Shown here piece by piece: positions 10,277 through 20,000 of a DNA stretch of 33,640 nt. The DNA comes from Catajapyx aquilonaris (Eukaryota). The notes beneath the pieces were generated by a model that saw only the letters and a list, made by a program, of their open reading frames with translations, was not told the DNA's origin and searched no databases. A program made the position numbers and the translations under genes. The DNA lies in the NCBI GenBank assembly GCA_000934665.2, contig JYFJ02004251.1:1-33640 (forward strand). Direction: 5' to 3'. Position 1 is the stretch's first letter, and each line of letters opens with the position of its first letter.

Positions 10277-11483
10277 TGAGCTAACCAAAATGAATAATAG
10301 CACACACGGAGAGTCAGGTTAACAAAACAGCCAGGAACTCTTATTCAGGAACAAACTACAAGATGTCCATCCAGCACGACGGTCAATACAAAACGAACTT
10401 GACATTATAAACAACACTAAGGTTACTGATCTAACATCAATCGATTAGTTAACAAGGAGGTAGTCAACAATAATTCCGGGACGACCACTTATGGACGACA
10501 TTCTTGGCAGATCCCATCGGCTGTCGCATGGCAACATCAGGTCGCCTCCCATTGTTGGCCCCATCCGGTGTGTTTGGTGCATCGCCAAGGTGTCCCCTCA
10601 GCAGTTGTGTGGCAACACCACCTTGCCTCTCGTTGTTGGCACCATCTAGTTTGTTTGGTGCTGCGATGTGGGTAATGATTGCATTCTAATGCTACTTGCA
10701 GTGGGAGAGACCCCGCTTGCTCTAGGCTCATTAGCAACCTCCCTTACCAAAAACTCCAGAACATCTTGCAATTTTTTCAGTTGCATCTGAAGCTCCTAAT
10801 CATGGCACCCATCTCCACCTCCATGGCCATCTGCATAATGCCAACTCTTCCTTCATCCCCCTCCGGAGCTCCTCTCCTCCATGATGGCAACTCTCTCATT
10901 CGGCAGGGAGCCACCCCACATTTTCTCCAGGGTAAGAGCACCATTGAAAGTTGTCGGGGAGACCTGCCCCTACTCGTCCAGCACCAGCAGTGAAGTAGTA
11001 GAGCCACCACCTTGCAACACTGGGGAGTGACCATCCAGACTAGTGAGACTACCCTTGCTTCCTTGCCACCCATGTTTTAAGGAGAGCTGTTATGCTCCGA
11101 AGTTTTCACCTCTCTGGCCTCCATCTTGCACAATGCTTCAACCACATTCCTCTAGCTCTCTTGGCCAGTTCCACTGCTTCCTTCCTCCAGGATGGCTTGC
11201 AGCTTGTTTCAGAGTGCCATCTTCCTGTGTGAATCTTAGTCCCATCAGGCAGTTCCACTAGCCAACCTTGTGATTCTGAGATCCCCCTTTCTTGACACCA
11301 TGAAAGAGGCACCACAAGAAATAATAGAACACATGAGGGGGCCAGATATAACAATCACTTAGGAACTCTCATTCAGGACCATGCTACAAAATGTCCATCC
11401 AGCAGTACAGCTGATACAGAACTGACATTCTAAAAAAACGAAGATTATCAATCTAACATCAATAGACGGTTAAAGGGGCAACA
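10277..11483 (-). mobile_element. Decayed non-autonomous LTR retroelement (Gypsy-like PBS)
   Basis: Diverged direct repeats 10277-10469 and 11301-11483 share AGGAACTCT(T/C)ATTCAGGA, ATGTCCATCCAGCA and ATCTAACATCAAT, and both end in CA on -. TGGTGTCAAGAAAGGGGGAT directly follows the 5' copy (PBS-like). Purine-rich GGTAAGGGAGG near 10748-10738 is PPT-like. No TSD seen. Confidence 0.65.
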
Positions 11484-11772
11484 ACTAACAGTCCATTGCC
11501 AGCTCACTACAGTACGGTACTCATTTCACTACCTGATATTGACTGAGCTTTCTAAAACTGATTTAAAGTAATAAAAATCATTCCAAGTTACGTACGTGAC
11601 AGTCATCTGAAAGTCAAAGTCACCTAGTCCCTTGTTTTAAATTTTAAGCAGTGTCATTACTATTATTGTTTGCTGTTCGTGAAAGTTTAAACATCTAATG
11701 CTGCAATGCACATACAATAAAAACCTGGGATGAATAATTTTTTCTCCTGTAGGCCTCTATAGAGTAACTTAC

Positions 11773-11932
11773 CTTGCGACCCCTAAACCCAACTTTGTCC
11801 TTCAGCTTTTTCTTCTTCTTATCACCCTCTTCAGCCTCATCAATGTCATCCTTGGATTTGGCGATCACTACTTGACCTTTTTCTGTGATGGAACTTGCTG
11901 CATCCACAGTTGGGACAACCAGTGACTTGATC
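11773..11932 (-). CDS. MICU1: MICU1 coding exon with polybasic motif (IKSLVVPTVDAAS...GDKKKKKLKDKVGFRGRK)
   Basis: tttcag acceptor and AAG|gtaagt donor. 160 nt, phase 2 to 0. The poly-Lys tract and GFRxRK correspond to human KKKKRSGFRDRK. Confidence 0.92.
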
Positions 11933-13378
11933 CTGAAATATTAATGATTACTGTCATCATCAGTGCAACAAAATATTGGCTTATTATATACATCATGTAC
12001 AGTAAATTACTGCAGAATATTCTAGAATCTAGGCTCTAAAAATGAATTAAATGATTCCAGTCATATGCCAATTAGTGCCAGTGTAACTTACTCAAATTTC
12101 TTCAGAAGGAAACTCATATAGTAATTCCTAGCCTTAATAAATCTTCTATTCAACCTAATTACTGTAATCCACAATATTTTTTTTAGCAGTTGCTGTTCAG
12201 GAGTAATTATGTACTTATTGAGTAACAAGCATGTAATTAATTAGAGAGGATTACTAAGCTGTCATCAGGTAATCATAAAATGGTATCACTCAGCAAATTG
12301 TGTATTGTGTTCCAGCAAGTTTTAGAGCAAAACGATTCTGCAATCATGAAAATGGCTGAAAGGGTCTAGTAATTATCCTGAATGCCAAGCGAATGTTCAA
12401 TAGTACATGGGTCATTCTAAATTTACTTGCACTTTTCACGTCCTGAAAATTGAATATTAATTTTTCGTCAGCCTTTAGTTGTTTTTGCTTCGTGTTAAAG
12501 TATTTTATTACCTCTTACAAAATGTATTAAATCAGTGTCAAACTTTATTTTAACAAGAGGTTTAAAAAAATTCCATCACATCTCGTCTTTTTCTCACTGT
12601 CTGTGATACGCTTTTTTGGGAATAGATTGTTCCTGTAGTTCTGTACCATTATTTTCTCCTCTTTAAACATTTTATCACAATAGGAAACACTATGGTAAAC
12701 AGGATATTACAAAAATCAATTCTTGAAATCAATTTCCTGTATATATTTTTTTCTGAAAAAGGGCTGTATGGGGTTTTGTAACTTCTGTTACATGGCCTCT
12801 GTTATCATTTGTGCAGTTTTCAATTCTTATCACAAGTGGGGCAACACTGGACAGAAGTGAAGTTCAGGAGGGATCAAACAATCCCAGTATACATTTTGGA
12901 GGATTATAATAGTATTTTCCATGTGGGTGTTTTTTCTCTTTGCAGCCTCTGTTACAGAGCCTTTTTGTTGATATTTTAGAAAAGCTACAAATGTCACCAG
13001 TGTAAATTTGGTAAGACCTCTATCAGAAAATTTGACTGAAAATTTCAGTAAAAATATCCTGCCTTCAAAAAATATTTTTTGCATAGTGAATGTAGCCTCT
13101 GTTACATGTAGACTACCTACCCATCAGAAACAGATATTACAGAACCTTTTTTTTTTTTTTTAAATAGCAGAGGTTATAAAATGGATCAGATCTTACAGTG
13201 TATTGTAATAGGTGTAAGATCTAGGCCTAATTAGGCCAATCTTACCACAACATTTTTTTTAAAGAATTCATAATGGGACCCAATAAGAAGTGCAGTCACA
13301 AGCTAACAAATGCAGGAAAGCAGTGCCTTTTTCGTACATGGAAAACAAATATATTTTTATCTGGTTTATCCCTTCAAA

Positions 13379-13689
13379 CAGTAGTTCACAACCCTAGGGT
13401 TGCCAACATGTTTTCATGGGTCGTGGGGAGGGCCTAAAAGAGGGAAGAAAAATAATAATTAAAAAAAAAAAAGTGAAGAAAATATAAGCCAAGGAAGGAA
13501 AATTTTTGTGGGAAAATTCATATCAAAAATCTACAAAAGCTTTGTTCTGTACCTTGATGAACATTTTGGGAATAAAATATTAGGGGGAAAACTCAAGATT
13601 TGGCAGAGGAGGAGGGGAGGCATATGGGTCGCCAGGGCAAGAAAAGTTTGCAGATAGGGTCATGACGAAAAAAAGGTTGGGAACCACTG
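13379..13689. mobile_element. hAT (Charlie-type) MITE
   Basis: Termini CAGTAGTTCACAACC ... GGTTGGGAACCACTG (13/15 complementary) with subterminal GGGTCG motifs. The 8-bp flanks are only partly alike (CCTTCAAA / GTTTAAAA). Confidence 0.7.
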
Positions 13690-13771
13690 GTTTAAAATGT
13701 GGCTGTAAAGCCATTTAACTAACTTAAACTTAAACTTTTGCTGAACTTAACTATCAAAGTCATTGGTAATG

Positions 13772-14835
13772 TGCATGACAATGACAAGTTGCATTCGGCA
13801 AATTATTATCAGTTTGAAATTATACTCTCTTTCACTATTTACTCCCATTCATTGTAGTAAAATGTTATCTGAAAGCCAACTGAATGGTACACGACATTAA
13901 GTGACAAGTTGCTTTCAGTAAAACGTAATTCACTTGCAAATATACCATGTGTTTCATTATTTAACTCACATCCATTGTATGAGGGACGCCAATAAAGAAG
14001 GAGAATGGTTTTTTTTACGAATCACGTTGTGAACATACGGTGGAGAAACAATTTTTTGGGGGGGAAGATCATGTCTTGAGGGATTGGCTAAAAATGGTGA
14101 GCTTGTATATGCGCATGCGTCAGATAGCATAGAGGTTGTTCGGTCAGCAGGAAAGGCAATGACCATTACCTTCTTCGAGTCCCAGGAAATGGTTTACTAC
14201 GGTTTACTAGTATGAAGTGCCCCGGCATACAAGTCACTGATAAGTATTACGTGACAGTTTTGAAGGTCCTGGCCGAACACATCCGATGAAAGAGCCCTTA
14301 GCTGCATCCTGCCTGCACCAGGATAATGCATGGCCACACATTTCCAACGTTGTTGCCCAATATTTGACCCAACAAAACATCAAATGTGTGCCATGCAGCA
14401 TGGACCTAGCTCCCTGCACTGTTTTCTGTTCCCTTGTCTGAAATCGGTACTGCGGGGCCACCGTTTTGGATCATCAGCAGCCATTATGAAGAAGGCGGAG
14501 GCGATTCTGAAGATAACGTCAAAAAAAGGGGTTCTGGCATGTCTTCCACGACTTACAGAAATGTTGGGCCAAGTGCATACAACTCAATGGGGACTTTCTC
14601 GAAAAACACAATATCAACCTGGACCCTGCTTAATGTATTCCTCGAAAAATAAATTATTTCTCACTCTTTATTGACTTGCCCTCGTAGCAAAAAGTTCTCC
14701 GAAAGTCAACTGAATGGCTGACAATGGACTTGCATGACATTGACAAGTTGCATTCAGTAAATTACGATCCAATATTGCAAACAATGTGCTTCATTATTAA
14801 ACTCACATCCATCAGCAAAAATCTTGTGAATGGTC
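13772..14835. repeat. Degenerate ~120-bp tandem repeat, 3 copies, second copy split by the mariner remnant
   Basis: TGACAAGTTGC, ACTC(A/C)CAT(C/T)CAT and TGAATGG recur in order in units starting near 13772, 13890 and 14732. Confidence 0.75.
13978..14686 (+). mobile_element. Internally deleted, frameshifted mariner transposon
   Basis: TIRs TATGAGGGACGCCAATAAAG / CTTTATTGACTTGCCCTCGTA with TA flanks. Transposase relics in different frames: SAGKAMTITFF, LHQDNAWPH, DLAP, FLFPCLKSVLRGHRF, WAKCIQLNGDFLEK. Confidence 0.92.
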
Positions 14836-14951
14836 ATTTCAACTTGATTGGCACCTCCCTTTCAAGTGAAATAGAGTTACATCAATAGAAACTTCATTAA
14901 TGGACAGTTGCATAAGGTTACTATCAATCCTGATCACTGATTAATATCTAT

Positions 14952-15530
14952 TACAGATGGAAAATCCTTCATCTGAAATGCTTGGCACTAGAAGTCTTTC
15001 GGATTTCGGATTTCTTTCAGATTTTGGAATGTTTGCATATTTGCATCTATAAATTACGATTTTTTGGGATGGGATAAATGCTTCAACATGATATCTATGA
15101 GACACATTTCTTAATAGAGGTTATACATTAGCCCTGGAGGTAGATAATAAGTATTTAATAATTTTGTATATGTACAGAGAAACATGTAATGATGCTATAG
15201 ATTAATTTTTAATGAGCACAACCGAATGCGCAACTCAGTTTGCGCAAATTGTTTCCAACACTAAGCTTGTGGGGGTAACAATATGGCTGACTTTTGTGAT
15301 GTTGCCCATACTCTGCTTAGAGGCTACGCAGTCTGAATTAGGCCCCTGAGTAACTGTGACAACGCTGTTGTCGGAACAATGGACTTGGACCAGTGTGGGT
15401 GTGCACTTGGTTGCGTTAATTAAAAAATTCATCTATAGTCATGTTCTACTTATGTGGAATTTTCAATTTGCGGCAAGTTATGTCAGCACTTTGGAACTTG
15501 CAGACTGATAAAGGATTCTCTCAACTTGTA
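14952..15530 (+). mobile_element. Non-autonomous pogo/Tigger element resembling Tigger4 (Zombi)
   Basis: TA-CAGATGGAAAATCCTTCATCTGAAATGCTTGGCACTAGAAGTCTTTCGGATTTCGGATTT...CAGATTTTGGAATGTTTGCATAT at left and TGTGGAATTTTC...GGATTCTCTCAACTTG-TA at right resemble the Tigger4 consensus as I recall it. TA flanks on both sides. Confidence 0.7.
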
Positions 15531-15758
15531 TTATATAAAGCAAGGTTTGTATGTATGTTTGTTTGTCCATGTTTGATTACCAAGGCAACCTGTTTTCATG
15601 CCAACAGCTGATTGTTGTTGATTGCAATGGCGCATGCAAAGTGCGTCTTCCATTATTCATTCGGTGCTACCCTTAGAAGCAATTTGAATCAAAGAGTCAT
15701 GGCCTGTCAAAAGAAACAACTCCGTGGCCACTTGTTCCGCTCAACCAAACCTGCTTAC

Positions 15759-16003
15759 CACTTCCAGTCGAGCGCAGGCAGGACGACTCCGGACCCGATG
15801 ATGAGATACCAAATCTTGGTGAAGAGCGGCGTGGACTGCGGGCGGTGGCCGAAGTCCTTGTAACCCCTCCTCTGACGGCCTCCTCCTGACCCACCATCCC
15901 GACCCTCAGCCTTGACGTTCCATGCAAGGCAGGCCTGTCCAGGAGGTCCAATCTGCCTGAGAAGCCTGGCCTGGACAACTCCAGGCCTCACCAAACGCAG
16001 CAT
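15759..16003 (-). CDS. MICU1: MICU1 first coding exon (mitochondrial targeting peptide and hydrophobic segment)
   Basis: tttccag|G ATG acceptor at 16005. MLRLVRPGVVQARLLRQ is Arg-rich and acid-free, followed by GYKDFGH and hydrophobic IWYLIIGSGVVLPAL. The TG|gtaagc phase-2 donor joins the next exon as TGG (Trp). Confidence 0.88.
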
Positions 16004-16084
16004 CCTGGAAACCAAATCAATCCGAAAAAAGTGATCACCCTTTCCCTCTGCTTGTGATTGGCCTTTCTACAGTGACACACTCAC

Positions 16085-16260
16085 TTTCCTTTTTTTTTTC
16101 TTCCCCTGCACAAATCCAGAGAGAATCACCAGTCACTTAAATTCCGCCTTTTCCGAATCACTTCTCCGCCATGTTTGGAACACTTTTGAACTTTTGGAAG
16201 AGATTGATCCATCCTGAGACATCTAGCGGGAAATGGCCGCACTCGACCGCCATCGAGAAG
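16085..16260 (-). promoter_or_regulatory. MICU1: Probable MICU1 5'UTR exon and proximal promoter
   Basis: GTGAGT donor at 16084 gives an 80-nt intron to the 16005 acceptor. YY1/Pho-like ATGGC motifs at 16166-16176, 16231-16240 and 16247-16254. The upstream boundary is a guess. Confidence 0.45.
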
Positions 16261-16328
16261 ACTCAATTGCACTTGTGCTGACATCTATCCATAGCGATGA
16301 CTTAAATACGGCAACCGTAACCGAAGGC

Positions 16329-16560
16329 TTGTTTGTTTGTTTGTTTGTTTGTCCAGGTGTGGCTGTCGTGGAAGCCCAGTTGCCATGGTGAGAAATGCCC
16401 TGGACAAACAAACAAATGATTGATTAATAGTTGATACAGTTGATAGAAACATCAAAGTTTGTTTGTTTGCTTGTTTGTCCAGGTCTGGTTCGTCACCACA
16501 GAAAACCTGTCGCCATGGTATAACCAATTACAATGGACAGACAAACAATAAAACAAACAA
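16329..16560. repeat. Two related (GTTT)n-GTCCA ... TGGAC-(AAAC)n foldback units
   Basis: Perfect 18-bp inverted repeat 16340-16357 / 16399-16416, a weaker second unit 16455-16560, and a related half unit at 15545-15590. Confidence 0.75.
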
Positions 16561-16680
16561 ATGTCGATTACATTTTTACTATGGAAACAAGCCATGCGAA
16601 GAACGGATTCCACTGCTACACTGTAGTATAAAATATGCGATGTAATGACAATTTGCTGGTTGGAGAGAAAAAAGAGCAGG

Positions 16681-17065
16681 AAATTGTTCAAAATATTGAT
16701 GAAAAATTGCTGGGAATTGTTCTAAATATTGTTGAAAAATTGCTGGAAATATATTGTTCTAAATATATTGTTGAAAAATTGCTGGAAATATATTGCTCTA
16801 AATATATTGTTGAAAAATTGCTGGAAATTGTTCTAAATATATTGTTGAAAAATTGCTGGATATTGTTCTAAATATATTGTTGAAAAATTGCTGGATATTG
16901 TTCTAAATATATTGTTGAAAAATTGCTGGAAATTGTTCTAAATATATTGTTGAAAAATTGATGGAAATTGTTCTAAATATTGTTGGAAAATTGCTGGAAA
17001 TTGTTATAAATATATTGTTGAAAAATTGATGGAAATTGTTCAAAATATTGTTGAAAAATTGATGG
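16681..17065. repeat. AT-rich minisatellite, 11 copies of a 33-39 bp unit
   Basis: Consensus AAATTGTTCTAAATATATTGTTGAAAAATTGCTGG in head-to-tail copies with no unique spacers. Confidence 0.95.
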
Positions 17066-20000
17066 AAATCTGGTTCAAAAAGTGTTTCAACCATTGTTGA
17101 ATGAAGCTGGGATATTAAAAAATCGTAGCATGATATACAGGGCATTTATTCGGAAAATAATTGCATTGCGGTTCAATTTCAAGGGCGGAATAACGATGAC
17201 CTGCACATATATAATGCCGATTCTTAGAATTTCGGCAAAATGTAATGGCATACCTAGCCGGGTCGTTTTTTTTATAAGCGTGGCCATAACAATGCGAAAT
17301 TTGGATCAATAGGAGCGGGCGAGGAAATTCCTAAGTCGCTTTCAGCATTCTTGCTCCCTAGCTATGCGATGAAACAACAGTTTTCCGCGGGTTCCGAATC
17401 AAAAAAGTGCAAGTGTGAAATATGCGCGCGACTTTTAACCAGTCGTTGAAGTTTTAATGGCTGGTGATGCTTCTAAAAGTTTAATTAGCCGCTCGAAGTA
17501 TTACGAGCCGACAGCGTGCCTCGTCGGTTCCTCATTATTGCAACAGTAAAAAATATGCGGCTGGCATTATTTTGTCATGTCAGCAGAAGACGTAAAAAGT
17601 CATACTCGCATAGTCACATCACTCTCAATAATTGCAATCGGAAAAAGTTATTACAAACATAAACATTGACTATCACCTCACACTGAAGAATTACAGCGAA
17701 TTCAAATGTGTAGCCTTATTTACTCCCATGCCGAATTTGTGTACATTTTACACATAATTCATGTGCTAATTGCTTGTTAGCCACACTGTAGGCCCTACTA
17801 CTTTTGGATAATTGTTTAATGAGATCAATAATTGGAAACACTGCCCAAGCGTGTGTGGGTTGCCCATTAAGAAAGGTTTTCCAGTCAACAGCACTTGCTA
17901 TTAATTTCTCAGTAACACTTCTAATGCATTCATATTAAACTGCAATGCATATTTATCATATTTTATATTCAAAATTGAACAGTCATATTCAGACTCTGTG
18001 AACCAACACGTCATTTAAATTTCCTCAAGACATTACACCCTATACCCACTTCATGTTGAATCAGCACAATAATCGCATCAGTAATAGATCCTCTCAATCA
18101 TGTAATGCTCAAGGTAACCCCTTTTTTTAAAACAACCTATGTTATCACTCTTATCAGCATTCATCTAATCACATAATTGACCACGCTCCAATAAAAAAGC
18201 ATAACAAACGGTATCATTGGTATCATTAAAATATTCTGAAATGTACTACTGTACAGCAGGTGACGGTATTGCAGTATGACTCGTGAAATTACAACAGATG
18301 TGTCGCAATAAATTGACATTGCGCCTATTAGCTGCATGTAGGTGCTAGCTCTTGCATAAATATATCATAGCTAATTGTTAATCTGCAGATCATCTGATTT
18401 GCTTTGCTTGTGAAGCTTGTCAAAGCATTACACAACAATCATTACATAACGCCAAGTTAAAGTGCATAAAACCGCTTACAACTTGCTTACAAAAAGGTAA
18501 AGCCAAGTTCAACAACAGGCAATATACGCCCTGGGAGAAACGGCAAGAATTTTTATGAATGAGATAAGCAACAAACATGCAACTAAAAATGAATGAAAAT
18601 TTTACCATTTTTTTTAACGTCACAGTTTCATTTCCCATGAGAAATATATGTGGTAACATAAAGTGACTCAAACCTGTCACGTTCCCTTTTGTTACACCCT
18701 GCCCTTGAGATTTACCGCCTGTTTTTTTATGCAACAATTACTAAGCGATTCTCATCCACCCGGAAATAGTGGTAAGAATCACAGAGGTGAACTCAAAGTC
18801 ATCATTGCGAATTTGCAAATAAAGTTCTGGCAAATATAAACCTTATCATACAAAATTTCGCAGTCCCAACCAGCATAAACATCCGGCGTCAAAGAATTTC
18901 AAACAACTTGGAATCACTGCGCCCTGGTCTTAAAAATAGCGGTTTTAAAATAGCCAATTTAATCATAGGTATGTCATTTTCGGCGTTCCTCATGTGTCTA
19001 TTTTAAGGGCCCCATTCACACTTAAAAACCAGGCTCCAAAAATCTGCAACGTATCACTCAAGTGCCGCCCTAAAAAAAAATAGTCGCGGTTTTAAAATTG
19101 GACCTAAGTTCAAGGCTACAGGATGCGAAATTTTTGCCAAAAGAAATTGTATTTAAGTGCAAACGCCTCCCTGCAAATTCAAAGAAGCAAGTCAAAAAAT
19201 CCGATGGAATGTGTCCAACTTTGCAAAATTTTTGGCGCGACTCGACGTCGCCTAAATGCGAAAAGTGCAACAAGTCGGCCACAAATACATCCTTAAATTG
19301 ACGTAACACATGGGAACCATGTCCAAATCTGACCGAAAGCGTGACTACTGCGGACGCTCACCAGGTGGTGATGTCACGCCTGATTATAATTAGCGACGTC
19401 CGAGGAGTTAAAAGCATCGAGGTTAAACAGTGTCATTACCACCAATGCTACGAGTTAAAAGCACGTGGAGTACAGGACAGCAAATGGCATTTTACTGTAG
19501 GCACCAACTTGCCAAAATGAGGTAAAAAATTAGGCAAAAGTGCGAAAATGGAAAAAGACGCAGCATCGAAGCGACATCCGACGGTGAAGTGCAGAAGTAA
19601 GGAAGTCGCCACCCAGGAGGTGGCGCCGGAACGGCGGAAATGGGAATTCCGTGGAAAGGCCCCGGTCGGACTTTTTTGAGTTTTACAGTCATTCGGCACC
19701 GTTTCCAAAAAAACAAAAGTGGTTTGCAAATATAGAAAACACGGGCAAGATTTTGACACCACTCCCAACGCTGTAGGCCGTTCGGTGCGGGAGAGTTGCC
19801 ATGACAGTAGATTATTGGCTTAGGCGAATTCTACTCACGGTGACTCATCACCAACGTGCATGTAGTGCTACTTTTCCCCTGAGAACGGCAGCAGTGTGCA
19901 GAGAGCTAGTTTGTGCGCCACCTGGTAGTGTCAAGTTTTGGCAACTGGTTCTCGACCATTTCCAGTAATATTTTACTGTAATCTACTTATTAAAAATACT

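Noticed and set aside
10679..11354. Overlapping ORFs inside the LTR-like element as gag/pol
   Set aside because: No zinc knuckle, protease, RT or integrase motif. They look like chance ORFs in GC-richer DNA.
16635..17145. Minisatellite as a CRISPR array or repeat-protein ORFs
   Set aside because: The units are contiguous with no unique spacers, there are no cas genes, and the context is eukaryotic. The ORFs are by-products of the repeat.
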